Notes under the pieces: model-generated
Told to the model about the DNA's origin: nothing
The model's database searches: none
Seen by the model: the letters and a program-made list of their open reading frames with translations, nothing else
Made by a program: the position numbers and the translations under genes
Part shown: positions 35,124 to 45,091 of the stretch, piece by piece
Layout of the letters: every line of letters starts with the position of its first letter
Position numbering within the stretch: the stretch's first letter is position 1
Origin: Spirochaetota bacterium
GTDB lineage: Bacteria; Spirochaetota; UBA4802; JAGODF01
Length of the DNA: 53,552 bases
Assembly: GCA_017998375.1 (NCBI GenBank)
Contig: JAGODF010000001.1
Coordinates: forward strand, 1-53,552
Direction: 5' to 3'

Positions 35124-35735
35124 TCATGTGTGTGCTTGTATCGAACCGCTTTTTGAGCTGAAAATGATCGCAATAGTTTTATTGAGCTTTCTGGTTTCAA
35201 TTGTCAGCTTGAAAGAATATCCCGACAGTCTCCATTGCGTTACAAGCAGTCTCAGCGAACCCATGAGCATGAGCGAAAGCTGGTCATGGGAGATGTCGTT
35301 CCTTATTTCGCCGTTCCGCTGTCCATCCGAAAGTATTTTGTTGATGCCGTCACGGGTTTTGGTCATCAGGGTGTAAACTTCCTCGGCAAGCCTGCCGTCA
35401 TTCTGAAATATCTCCTCCGAGAACACGATCGCAGCGATTATGGGTTTGCCGGTAAACGTGACAGATACGCGTTCCAGGAAGGTTTCTATTTTCTTCAGCG
35501 CGCCCGAGTCGGCCGATCTGATGTCACTGATCATGGTTCCGATCAAATCGCTGAAGCCTGATAAAATGCCGAGAAGAATGTCCTGTTTGCTGTTAAAATG
35601 GCGGTATATGGCCGGTTCGCTCAGGCCAATCGCGCCCGCGATATTTCGTATCGTGCACTCCTGTATGCCTCCCTTAGCTATGAGATTCATCGCCGTGTCC
35701 ATTATTTCCGCCTGCCTTTCGGTTGTTTTAGTCAT
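35124..35735 (-). CDS. TetR-family transcriptional regulator
   Basis: TIRNIAGAIGLSEPAIYRHFNSKQDIL HTH. ATG at 35735; the track ORF starts at a TTG at 35753. Confidence 0.85.
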   Translation of the reverse strand: MTKTTERQAEIMDTAMNLIAKGGIQECTIRNIAGAIGLSEPAIYRHFNSKQDILLGILSGFSDLIGTMISDIRSADSGALKKIETFLERVSVTFTGKPIIAAIVFSEEIFQNDGRLAEEVYTLMTKTRDGINKILSDGQRNGEIRNDISHDQLSLMLMGSLRLLVTQWRLSGYSFKLTIETRKLNKTIAIIFSSKSGSIQAHT

Positions 35736-35832
35736 TGGTGTCAAATCCTGCAATGTTAGTTATCATTCACTAACAAATATAATGAATCCTAACAGAATTG
35801 TCAAGGGCGAGGAGGGGAAAAGTGTGTTTTTA

Positions 35833-36027
35833 TTATTTTTTTATGTTGTGACTACTTACGCTATGTTGCCTTTTCAACCATTTGAAAATCTTTTTCCGGT
35901 AGCACGAGAGGCAGAGCCGGGACTTGCGCATGAAGGAAACAATGAGGACCGTGCCGTAATCCGGGCAAGTAATGATGTTATTCTGAATGTGTTGATGAAA
36001 TATACATACCACACCTTTACGCGGCAT
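35833..36027 (-). pseudogene. Possible relic of an IS91-family transposase N-terminal zinc-binding domain
   Basis: CPDYGTVLIVSFMRKSRLCLSCYRKKIFKWL compares with the recalled IS91 pattern CPDCGHE..VPFSCKSRFCPSCGKKR..W. Two Cys positions are substituted, and only about 60 aa remain. Confidence 0.3.
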
Positions 36028-36203
36028 GTACGATTCTCGTCAGCGGTTCATCAAATAAAAAATGGCACTACCGTGTATTTCCCCTTAACATATTTTCAAT
36101 GACTTCCCTTTGGTGAATTGAAGATAAATCCGTTTCTTTCAAGAACCACGATTATCTCACGCGAGGATACAGTCTAAACCACACCATAACCCGCGCGGCC
36201 CCC

Positions 36204-37379
36204 TTACCACGAGGACGACGCGCCGCCGCCGCCGAAGGAACCGCCTCCTCCGGAATACGATGAATCGCTCGAAGAATACGAGCTGTCGGAAGAGCTGGAG
36301 CCGCTGTACGAATCCGAGCTTCCGGAACCGCCGCTGCTGTAACTGCTCCCTCCGCCTTCCAGAATCTCCATGGTGACGGCCATGATGATGAACTGCAGGA
36401 TGTTCATGAATACGAGAATGCCTATGAGGAACGATTCGTTCGGCGATACGAAGCTTTCATCCACGGACGGTTTCCGTACCTGGATAAAATAGACAATCGA
36501 CACCAGGGTCACCAGCGCCGGGACTGCGGCGAACGCGGTTGCCACTATTTTCTGCTTCCTCTTTTTCGGCGCCATGATCCCGGCCAGCAGGCACGCGGCC
36601 GCGAAAGCTCCGGACAGATAGATCCAGGGCGTCCAGTACTTGGCGCCGTGAAAGTAGAGTTGAAGCAGGATCGGGACGGCGATAAAGAGAAACAGTCCTG
36701 TCGCTATCCCCAGCCATACGTTCATCATGTCCCGCCATGCCGCGAGGACGAACAGAACCGCGGCCAGGGCCCCGAACAGGAAAAAGAGCACATAGCAGCG
36801 CGGGAGCCTGGAAAAAGACCTCCAGAACCTCGACGCGAGGGAAATCTCCTGCCCGGGACGAAGGCTGTCCGTCGCGTCTAGTATCCGCCGCACCGCCTTC
36901 TCGATGCCGCCGGCGTAGTCGCTGTTCCGGAAGTCGCCCCGGATCCCGTCGAGGATCCGCCCCGCCCTGAGGTCGGTGAGGTATCCCTCGAGCCCGTAGC
37001 CCACCTCGATGCGCATGCGCCGGCTGCACGAGGCGACCGTGAAGAGAATGCCGTCGTCCCTCTCCTTCGATCCGCCGCCCCATTTCTCCGCGGTCCTCAT
37101 CGAGAACTCCTCGATGTTCAGGCCGCCCGTGCTGCAGACCGTGAGGACCGCCAGTTGCACGCCGGTCCTCTCCCTGTGGGCCAGGATCAGCTCGCTTATC
37201 CGCTTCTCGGCGTCGGGGGGGATGATATTCTGATAATCGTTCACCGGGCGCGTGATCGCGGGGATGGTCTCCCCCAGCCTGACGCTCCGTTCATCGAAAC
37301 TCTCCGCCGCCAGCGGCGACAGCGCCGCGAGAGCGCCGATAAGCACGAGCGGCAGCGCGCGCACGATCCCGATCCTCAT
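36204..37379 (-). CDS. TPM-domain (YgcG-like) membrane protein with Gly/Ser-rich tail
   Basis: Signal peptide, TPM region (VNDYQNIIPPDAEKRISELI...TGVQLAVLTV), TM helices, and a C-terminal tail GGSSYSSGGSGSS... Confidence 0.7.
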   Translation of the reverse strand: MRIGIVRALPLVLIGALAALSPLAAESFDERSVRLGETIPAITRPVNDYQNIIPPDAEKRISELILAHRERTGVQLAVLTVCSTGGLNIEEFSMRTAEKWGGGSKERDDGILFTVASCSRRMRIEVGYGLEGYLTDLRAGRILDGIRGDFRNSDYAGGIEKAVRRILDATDSLRPGQEISLASRFWRSFSRLPRCYVLFFLFGALAAVLFVLAAWRDMMNVWLGIATGLFLFIAVPILLQLYFHGAKYWTPWIYLSGAFAAACLLAGIMAPKKRKQKIVATAFAAVPALVTLVSIVYFIQVRKPSVDESFVSPNESFLIGILVFMNILQFIIMAVTMEILEGGGSSYSSGGSGSSDSYSGSSSSDSSYSSSDSSYSGGGGSFGGGGASSSW

Positions 37380-37846
37380 GAACGTGTCACCTCGTCCGGG
37401 AGCTCGTTGCCCGACACGTCCTCTCCCGGGGCCGCGGCCCGGAGGAGCTCGCCTATCATCGCCAAGGCCCTGGTGATGCCCCGGGCCGGCTCACCGGAGG
37501 AGAAACCCTCCGCCACGGCCTTCACCGCGAGTTGCCAGAACCTCTCGTCCGCCGCGCCGTGTATGCCCGGCCCCGCGTAGACCGCGGCGCGGCGGTCCTT
37601 CTCCGCGACGTAGAGGAGCACGCCCGTCCCCTCCGCGATCCGGTCCATTCCCAGCCGGAAGAAGTACTCCCGCGCCCGCTCCAGGACGTCGCCGGGACAG
37701 CGGGACTCGATATGCACCCGAACCTCGCCGCGGTTCCCCTTCTCGGCCTCGGCTATCGCCCTGACCACTTCCCTCTCGTCCTCCGCGCCCAGGGGCCTGC
37801 GGCGGATCCTCCTGAACAACGACGTGATCGCATTCGAACCGGTCAT
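37376..37846 (-). CDS. TPM-domain protein (DUF477-like)
   Basis: AIAEAEKGNRGEVRVHIE...GVLLYVAEKDRRAAVYAG. ATG at 37846; overlaps the downstream gene by 4 nt. Confidence 0.65.
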   Translation of the reverse strand: MTGSNAITSLFRRIRRRPLGAEDEREVVRAIAEAEKGNRGEVRVHIESRCPGDVLERAREYFFRLGMDRIAEGTGVLLYVAEKDRRAAVYAGPGIHGAADERFWQLAVKAVAEGFSSGEPARGITRALAMIGELLRAAAPGEDVSGNELPDEVTRS

Positions 37847-37969
37847 GTTTTTCTCCTCTGTTCCAGCAGGATAATGGTGATTGCGGCAAAATCGCAAGCA
37901 GAATTATTCCCGCGGCGAAGGCCGCCGCATCCGGCAAAAATTGTTTTTTTTCTAAACTCCGGGGGTGAA

Positions 37970-39214
37970 ATGCCGATAGTGATGACGGGGGGAACCATCA
38001 TGATATCATCCATACTTGTCGCCACTGTCCTGAGCGCGATGCCGCTCGACATCAAGGGCTTTTCCGTATCCGAACCGCCGAAGAACCTGGGGGCGCCGGT
38101 CAACAGCTCCTCCAACGATTTCGCGCCCACCCTGTCGCCCGACGGCAATTTCATGATTTTCAATTCCAACCGGGGCGGCGGATACCAGGACCTCTATATC
38201 ACCCGCCTCGCGGAGGGAAAGTGGAGCGTGCCGGAACCGCTCGCGGAGGTCAACTCGCCCTACAACGACGAGACGCCCTTTCTCTCACCGGACGGCAACA
38301 CGCTGGTATTCTCGTCGGACCGCGACGGGAGCGTGGAGATGCCGAGGAACGAGAGGGGCCAGATAAAGGTCTCCTTCGACCTGTATGTGTCGAGAAAAGT
38401 GAACGGCGCGTGGACCAGGCCGGTGCCGCTCCCGGGCGATATCAACTCCGAGCACCACGAGAAATCGCCGAGCCTCAGCAATGACGGGAAGACGCTCTAC
38501 TACAACATGTGGCCCTTCGGCGACGTCAACCGCTCGGTCCTGGTGCAGGCGGAGTTCCGCGGCGGCGTGTTCACCAACCGGAAGCTCATGCCCGCGCCCT
38601 TCAACCAGGGCCACAGGGAATTCAGCCTGATACCGGCGGAGGACCTGGGGGGCTTCTTCTTTTCCGCGGGCAGGCCCGAGAACATCGGCGCGCTGAACCT
38701 CTACTTCGTGTCGTACTCCGGCGGCAAGTTCGGCACGCCGGAGAACCTGGGTCCCAAGATCAACAGCGACAAGGCGGACCTCTATCTCGCCAGGGCGGAC
38801 CAGCGCTATTACATCGCCTCGAGCCGCGAGGGCGGCAACTTCGACATCTACTCTTCGGTGGTGTTCACGCCGGGAAAAAGCTTCCAGACCAGGGCGATAC
38901 ACTTCGACTTCGACAAGGCCGTCATCCGGCCGGAATCGTCAACGTACCTCAAAGCGCTCTCCGGGTACCTGAAGGAGAACCCGAAAATCAAACTGGAGAT
39001 AATAGGCCACACCGACCTGCACGGCACCGCCGACTACAACAGGCAGCTCAGCCTGCGCAGGGCCGAGGCGGTCAAGGAGTACCTGGTGAGGGAGAAGCTC
39101 GCGCCCGAGCGATTCGGCGTTTCTGGCGCCGGGGCGAGCCGGCCGGTGAAAGCGGGAACGGGGCCCGGCATCGACGAGCTGAACCGGAGAACCGAGTTCA
39201 AGATAATGGAATAA
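37970..39214 (+). CDS. OmpA-family protein with TolB-like beta-propeller repeats
   Basis: Repeated SPDG..(M/L)(I/V)F.S.R motifs. C-terminal OmpA domain IIGHTDLHGTADYNRQLSLRRAEAV. Confidence 0.75.
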   Translation: MPIVMTGGTIMISSILVATVLSAMPLDIKGFSVSEPPKNLGAPVNSSSNDFAPTLSPDGNFMIFNSNRGGGYQDLYITRLAEGKWSVPEPLAEVNSPYNDETPFLSPDGNTLVFSSDRDGSVEMPRNERGQIKVSFDLYVSRKVNGAWTRPVPLPGDINSEHHEKSPSLSNDGKTLYYNMWPFGDVNRSVLVQAEFRGGVFTNRKLMPAPFNQGHREFSLIPAEDLGGFFFSAGRPENIGALNLYFVSYSGGKFGTPENLGPKINSDKADLYLARADQRYYIASSREGGNFDIYSSVVFTPGKSFQTRAIHFDFDKAVIRPESSTYLKALSGYLKENPKIKLEIIGHTDLHGTADYNRQLSLRRAEAVKEYLVREKLAPERFGVSGAGASRPVKAGTGPGIDELNRRTEFKIME

Positions 39215-39238
39215 GTTTCCGCGCGCGGGGACGCGCGC

Positions 39239-40501
39239 TCATCCTTCCGCCTCCGCCGCGGCCCTGCCCGCGGCGTACCCCGTGCTCCAGCAGACCTGGA
39301 GGTTGTACCCGCCCGTGGGCCCGTCCAGGTCCAGGATCTCGCCTGCGAAGTAGAGATTGTCGATTATCAGCGAGCGCATGGCGCGCATGTCGATCTCGTC
39401 CAGCGAGACGCCGCCGGCGGTGATGATGGCCCTCTCGAAACCGTCGATGCCGGTGATCTCCGAGCGCAGGTCTTTGAGAAGGCGGACCAGGCGCCGGCGC
39501 TCGTCGCGCGTCACGTGGCTCACGGTCTTCCGCGGGTCGATACCGGAAAGCCGCACGATCACCGGAACGAGGGACGCCGGCAGGAGTTTCCCCAGGCTGT
39601 TCCCGAAGATCCGGGTGGAGCCTTCGGCGAAATCGCGGCGGACGCGCTCGTCCAGGGTGCCATGGTCCAGCGCGGGCTTCAGGTCTATCGCGAGCTCCAT
39701 CTTCGCGGGAAGGAGCTCCCCTATCTTCCTGCTCAGGTCTATGACGACCGGGCCGCTCATGCCCGTCGCGGTGAAGAGCGCCTCGCCGAACTCCCGCGCC
39801 GCGACCTTTCCCCCGTGGACGAGGCTCACCGACACGTTCCGGAGGCTCAATCCCTCAAGCTCCCCCGCCCATTTCTCGCGGAGGTTCACCGGCACCAGCG
39901 AGGGGCGCGGCGTCACGACGGTGTGCCCCAGCTCGCGCGCGAAACCGTACCCCGCGCCCGTGGAGCCGGTGGCGGGATAGGAAAGGCCTCCCGTGCAGAG
40001 GATGTACCGCTTCGCCTCCACGGCGCCTCCGCTCCCGCGGAGCGAGGTGATCCCGCTCCCGGCTCGGACAAGTTCGCGGACCTCGAAATCGTCGACCACG
40101 CGGACGCCGTGTTCCTTCATGTAGTTCCGCAGGGCGTGGAGCACGTCCGACGCGCTATCCGATTCGGGGAAGACCCGGTTGCCCCGCTCCACTTTGAGGG
40201 GGACGCCGCGGTCCTGGAAAAAGTCCATGGCGTCCTCGACGCCGAAGGCATGGAGCGCGGAGCTGAGGCGGCGCCCCTTTTTCCCGAAATGGTCGAGGAA
40301 GCTCCGGGGATCGTAATCGGCATTGGTGATGTTGCAGCGCCCCTTCCCGGTGATGAGGAGCTTTTTCCCGGGGCGCCGGTTCTTCTCCAGGAGGACGACG
40401 TCCGCGCCGAAGAGTCCCGCGGTGCCGGCGGCCATCATGCCCGCGGGCCCCCCGCCGATGACGGCAACGTCGCAGGTGATGATGTCGGAGGGGGGTTTCA
40501 T
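39239..40501 (-). CDS. NAD(P)/FAD-dependent oxidoreductase, HI0933/BaiN family
   Basis: DVAVIGGGPAGMMAA...GKKLLITGKGRCNITN signature. Confidence 0.8.
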   Translation of the reverse strand: MKPPSDIITCDVAVIGGGPAGMMAAGTAGLFGADVVLLEKNRRPGKKLLITGKGRCNITNADYDPRSFLDHFGKKGRRLSSALHAFGVEDAMDFFQDRGVPLKVERGNRVFPESDSASDVLHALRNYMKEHGVRVVDDFEVRELVRAGSGITSLRGSGGAVEAKRYILCTGGLSYPATGSTGAGYGFARELGHTVVTPRPSLVPVNLREKWAGELEGLSLRNVSVSLVHGGKVAAREFGEALFTATGMSGPVVIDLSRKIGELLPAKMELAIDLKPALDHGTLDERVRRDFAEGSTRIFGNSLGKLLPASLVPVIVRLSGIDPRKTVSHVTRDERRRLVRLLKDLRSEITGIDGFERAIITAGGVSLDEIDMRAMRSLIIDNLYFAGEILDLDGPTGGYNLQVCWSTGYAAGRAAAEAEG

Positions 40502-40503
40502 GT

Positions 40504-41394
40504 TCAGGAAAACTCCGGCGTGTAGTCGGCGCAGGACCCGACTTCCTGCGCGAACCCGTTCTCGAATCCGAGCTCGTCGAGATACTTCAGGCAGAGTTCG
40601 TATTCCTCTTCCGTGACGGACCTGTGTATTTCCGGAAACTCTCCGGCGCGATGGGCCGGATAGTACTGCCCCATGAGGCTCACCCAGGTTTCAGCGCCCA
40701 GCGCGCCGCGTATCCACGAAAGGATCTTCCGTATCTCGCCCGCCTGCCCGGGCAGCACCAGGAGGCGTATCATCAGGCCCTTCGTCGCGATGCCCTCCTT
40801 CACGGCAAGGTGCCCCGCCTGTCGGAACATCTCGGCGATCGCCCTTTGCGCGTGCGCGGGATAGTCCGGGGCGGCGGAATAGCGGACCGCCAGGGCCGGA
40901 TCGAAGTAGCGGAAATCGGGGAGGTAGATATCGACCAGCCCCTTCAGGAGGCGGAGCGTCTCCGGCTTTTCGTACGCGCTGCTGTTCCACACAACCGGCA
41001 CGCGCAGCCCGCGTTCCCGCGCGAGACGGAGCGCGGTTGCCGCCCGGGGCGCGTAATGGCCCGCGGTCACCAGGTTCACGTTGTGCGCCCCCGCCTCCTG
41101 GAGCTCCAGCATCATGGAGGCGAGCTCATCCTCCGTGCGCTCCGTGCCGCTACCCTCCCGGCTGATGCGGAAATTCTGGCAGTAGACGCAGCGCATGGCG
41201 CAGTGGGAAAAGAATATCGTCCCGCTTCCCCGCGTGCCGCTCAACACGGGCTCCTCCCAGTGGTGGAGTTGATGGAGATTCACCTTCGCGACGGCGCCGC
41301 CTCCGCAGAGACCGGCGGCCTCGAACCGGTTCGCGCGGCACTCCCGAGGACAGAGCGTGCACGCTTTCATCATGGTATCGGTGTCGATGTCCAT
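40504..41394 (-). CDS. Radical SAM protein (PflX / activating-enzyme-like)
   Basis: CAMRCVYCQN (CxxxCxxC) plus an N-terminal Cys cluster CTLCPREC. Confidence 0.75.
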   Translation of the reverse strand: MDIDTDTMMKACTLCPRECRANRFEAAGLCGGGAVAKVNLHQLHHWEEPVLSGTRGSGTIFFSHCAMRCVYCQNFRISREGSGTERTEDELASMMLELQEAGAHNVNLVTAGHYAPRAATALRLARERGLRVPVVWNSSAYEKPETLRLLKGLVDIYLPDFRYFDPALAVRYSAAPDYPAHAQRAIAEMFRQAGHLAVKEGIATKGLMIRLLVLPGQAGEIRKILSWIRGALGAETWVSLMGQYYPAHRAGEFPEIHRSVTEEEYELCLKYLDELGFENGFAQEVGSCADYTPEFS

Positions 41395-41628
41395 GGTGGA
41401 CTTCTACCCGCGCGGCGGTGTTACGTCAAGCGGCTTATCCAGACATACGCGTCGCAATGAGAAGTGTCCTCAAAGGAGAATCGTCACCTCTCCCGGCAAA
41501 AAGCCCCTGACGAGGCCTTAAATATTACTCGCAAATCTAACAATGCTGCAAAATTCAGCCAAGGTATTGTCCGGTTTGTCGTTCACGCCTGTAGTATAAT
41601 ATAATGACGTAAAAGGGGTGTACTCCAC

Positions 41629-42666
41629 ATGCATGATGAAAAGAAGACTCTTTTTGATCTGCTGAAATACTTCGGCATCATTGCCAAGGATCTTGGCAAG
41701 CTTACCACAGTGCACCGTACCCTGGAACGAATAATGCAGCACATAGAAAATATTTTCGGACCTGAAAACAGCTCAATCCTTATACGCCGCAATAATGGAG
41801 ACCTGAAATTTATCTGCGTCCGCGGCGCACATTCTGAGAAAATTCGCGAGCGCGTTCTTGCGAAAGGCCATGGTGTGGCCGGTTGGATAGCCGAGCACGG
41901 TGAGTCACTCGTTATATCGGATCCATATAACGATCAAAGGTTTAACCCGGATCTTGACCGCATTACCGGCTATACAACGACGTCAATAATTGGAGTTCCC
42001 CTGAAAACATCGAAGCAAATATTCGGCGTCATTGAACTGATGAACAGGCTGGATAAAAAACCGTTTCGGGAGATTGATCTTTTTATTCTTGAGACGATAG
42101 CGGACCTGACCGCCATGGCACTTGAACGGCTTTATTATTACTACTCTACACTTTCATTTTACGCGACAGATCCGATTTCAGGCGTGTACACAAAGCAGGC
42201 ATTGTTATGGCAGCTGCGGATGGAAAAGAATAAATGCGTTGATGGGGAGAATCGTCGCGCGATTATTGCCGCCAGGATAACTTCGGATGAAAAACAGATA
42301 CGCCAATCGGAGCTACGGACGATCGGCGCGCTGCTGAAAAAATGTTCAGCACCCGGGTGTACCATCTACCGATATAATGAAGCCACCTTCATTATATTGT
42401 TCAACCATGAAAACGGTGACGCTGTAAATAAGCTTACGGATGATATCAGCCGGCGATTCCGGCACGGCAGCCTGGAAAAAAACCTGGATATATCTTTTGA
42501 TGTTCTTCAGGATAGTATTTGCAGTAAGAATGTTGATGATATTATAAGGTCGTTGAACATCAGGGATGATATTGCCCGGCTTGAATCATTCCAGGAAAAT
42601 CTTTCCGAAAACATGAGTGCGAACCTTGAGAATATGATAAATGCCGAATCTCCACTTCAAGAATAA
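41629..42666 (+). CDS. GAF-domain protein with degenerate GGDEF-like domain
   Basis: GAF core GVAGWIAEHGESLVISDPYNDQRFN...GVPL. The GGDEF position reads RYNEATFIIL, and no acidic metal-site residues are seen. Confidence 0.6.
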   Translation: MHDEKKTLFDLLKYFGIIAKDLGKLTTVHRTLERIMQHIENIFGPENSSILIRRNNGDLKFICVRGAHSEKIRERVLAKGHGVAGWIAEHGESLVISDPYNDQRFNPDLDRITGYTTTSIIGVPLKTSKQIFGVIELMNRLDKKPFREIDLFILETIADLTAMALERLYYYYSTLSFYATDPISGVYTKQALLWQLRMEKNKCVDGENRRAIIAARITSDEKQIRQSELRTIGALLKKCSAPGCTIYRYNEATFIILFNHENGDAVNKLTDDISRRFRHGSLEKNLDISFDVLQDSICSKNVDDIIRSLNIRDDIARLESFQENLSENMSANLENMINAESPLQE

Positions 42667-43046
42667 AAAGACTTCCCATCTATATACAGGATTCTATACT
42701 CATCCCGGAGCACGGTTCTACCATAAACACGCGCTGTTACAAGAAGCGCATTTCTGAAAAACAACCCTATCCCGGGCTAGAAGGCCGCTTCGACAGGTTC
42801 AGCACATCACCTCGACAGAGGCACTTAAAATATCGTGTCGCTGAAAATCGCAGTTTTCTTCCCGTCCCCGGGCAAAACCAATAACGCGATTTCATAAACC
42901 ATATGAGGCAGCTTCTTAAGAATTATTGATTTTTCAAATCCGTATACCAATGATAATCGTGAACCCCAAGGCCCCCGCTTCATGGGCCGGAAGCATAATC
43001 GATAGTCGTAAGGTATAAGTGAAAAGGTGTTACACTCTGTGTTCAA

Positions 43047-43323
43047 GATAAAGGCGAAAGCCACCGCAGAGGCACGGAGGGAAAAGGCAAGACCCGAGGC
43101 GCGGACGCCGAGGGAGGGCCGATGAGGACACGGAATTTCATTGAGGAGTGCATGCCAGCGAGCCACGAGGGTGAGCGCGTGGGCTGCGCGGAAGGACGGG
43201 CAGTCCCGGTGAAACCGGGACGCACCGCGCATGTGCTGATTTTACCAACAGCACACGCCAAGGCCCCGCGCCGTCTTAGCGGCAGCCTTTGGGGTTACTT
43301 TTTGGGCTGCCTCCAAAAAGTAA
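43047..43323 (-). repeat. Dispersed intergenic repeat, copy B (inverted relative to 1674-1965)
   Basis: 43047-43090 matches the reverse complement of 1921-1965. 43258-43323 matches the reverse complement of 1674-1740, including the hairpin. Confidence 0.7.
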
Positions 43324-43431
43324 CGAGGCCCCGTATGGCGCCGGCATGCAAAGACGGAGCATGAAGCAATATCCGTGCAACGGATTTGTCTCACGCGGAG
43401 CCGCGAGGCAGAGCCTCGCAACAATCCGTAT

Positions 43432-44202
43432 TCAGTTCTCGGGGAAGAAATGTACGTTCGGTTTCCCGTTATAGACGTTCTTCGACACGAAGGCGTCCAG
43501 GCCGAAGAAGCGCTTCACCATGTCGACGTCGATGATATCGGGCCCGCCCTCCGCCGCCACGGAGCCGCCCTCCATCACCACTATCCTGTCCGCGGTCTGG
43601 GCGATGAAGTTCAGGTCGTTGCTCGCGATCACGGCGATGTTCTTTCCCCCCAGGGCGTAGCGCGATACCGCCTTCTGGAGGAGCGCCAGCGAGCGCAGGT
43701 CCAGGCCCGCCGTGGGATCGTCCAGGAGGAGGAGCCCCGTGCCGCGCGCGAGGTTGAACGCGAGAAGCGCCCTCCTGGCGAAGGAACCCGGGAGCACGCC
43801 GAGAGTCATATCGGCCACCTCCCCGAGCTCCAGAAGAGAGATGCACTCATCGACGATCTGCAGGTCGTACCCGGTCAGCGGATTGAGGAGCTTCTTGAAA
43901 GGGACGCGCGCGAGCCTGATGAACTCCCTCACGGTCTCGTCGCCGTTCATGGGACCCTCGTCGTGATAGGTCACTTCCTTCCCCAGTTCGCGGCGCGACA
44001 GACTCCGCAGGGGGCGTTTGCCCACGTAAATCTCCCCGGAGAAGGAACGGTGCATCCCGGCGATGGTCTCCAAAAGCAGCGTCTTCCCGGAGCCGCCGCG
44101 CCCCAGTATGCCTATCACCTCGCCGTCGTTGAACGTCAGCGACACGCCCGACAGGAGTTCCCTGTCGTCCATCGCAAGCCCCAGGTCGCGGATCTCAACC
44201 AT
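43432..44202 (-). CDS. ABC transporter ATP-binding protein
   Basis: Walker A GRGGSGKT; Walker B LLLLDDP. Confidence 0.8.
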   Translation of the reverse strand: MVEIRDLGLAMDDRELLSGVSLTFNDGEVIGILGRGGSGKTLLLETIAGMHRSFSGEIYVGKRPLRSLSRRELGKEVTYHDEGPMNGDETVREFIRLARVPFKKLLNPLTGYDLQIVDECISLLELGEVADMTLGVLPGSFARRALLAFNLARGTGLLLLDDPTAGLDLRSLALLQKAVSRYALGGKNIAVIASNDLNFIAQTADRIVVMEGGSVAAEGGPDIIDVDMVKRFFGLDAFVSKNVYNGKPNVHFFPEN

Positions 44203-45091
44203 TCGAATGTGTCCTCCGGTAAAGGAATAGCAGCAGGTAGGAAAGCGCGACGGCGGCGGCCGCTGCGGCCGCGATCCCCGCGAGGGCGCCGACCAGCACC
44301 ATCGCCTGGAGGAAAATATTCACGGCGCACAGGTTCTTCAGCTCGTCGGCCAGGGGATTCTTCTCCTTCATGGTGCCGGCGAGGAACCCCACGCCCGCCA
44401 GGCATCCCGCGAAGAGCACCAGCCCCGACACCGCGACGCCCCTCGCCGCCACGAAAGCGATCCTGGCGCGCCCGTACCTGATGCCGGTAATCTCGAAATA
44501 GCTTTTGCCATGTGAAAAGAGCTTAAGCTCCGGCAGCGCTTTCAGGAGAAAGACGTAGAGCAAGATACCGGCCGCCAGGAACGGAATCGACTCCCATGCC
44601 GCGTATCCGCCGGAGCGGGAAAAACCGGAGAGAACATCCTCCACCGCCGCGCGGCCGGTGCCGGTCCTGCCGACGGCATACCAGCCCGCCGCCGCAGCGC
44701 ACAGGTTGATGAAGAGCCCGCCGGCAACTCGGCCCCTTCCCGGTGCGTGCCCCACCATGTGCATGTAGAATTCCATGAGCACCACGAAGACCACGCAGAC
44801 CGCGGCGACGACGGCGCGGGGCACCGAGAAAAAAGAAACCATGATGACGATCACCAGGAGCCCCAGGGCTCCCTCCCCGGTCTGCACGTACCCGCCCCGG
44901 ATGTCGCCGTCGGCCAGGGCTATTTTCGTGAAGAGCAGCGAGTACAGGGAACCGAGAAAAAGCAGGGCGTGGCCGATAAGCGTGGTGGAGGAGAACACGA
45001 GGTTGAGCGTGAACATCACGGCGAGCGCGGCGCCGAGGGCGATAACGCGTCCGAAATCGGCGAGGAACCTGTTAGCGGTCGAGGGATTCAC
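44195..45091 (-). CDS. Putative ABC-type permease / polytopic membrane protein
   Basis: Eight or more hydrophobic helices. Overlaps the ATPase gene by 8 nt. The likely GTG start at 45091 overlaps the TPR gene end by 20 nt. The N-terminal 65 aa of the track ORF read the antisense-like frame of the ER-repeat region. Confidence 0.55.
   Translation of the reverse strand: MNPSTANRFLADFGRVIALGAALAVMFTLNLVFSSTTLIGHALLFLGSLYSLLFTKIALADGDIRGGYVQTGEGALGLLVIVIMVSFFSVPRAVVAAVCVVFVVLMEFYMHMVGHAPGRGRVAGGLFINLCAAAAGWYAVGRTGTGRAAVEDVLSGFSRSGGYAAWESIPFLAAGILLYVFLLKALPELKLFSHGKSYFEITGIRYGRARIAFVAARGVAVSGLVLFAGCLAGVGFLAGTMKEKNPLADELKNLCAVNIFLQAMVLVGALAGIAAAAAAAVALSYLLLFLYRRTHSNG

Noticed and set aside
42825-43232. 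135-aa minus-strand ORF in the 42.7-43.4 kb gap
   Set aside because: It is composed largely of the dispersed repeat (copy B), has no RBS, and its translation looks non-coding. I treat the region as intergenic repeat DNA.
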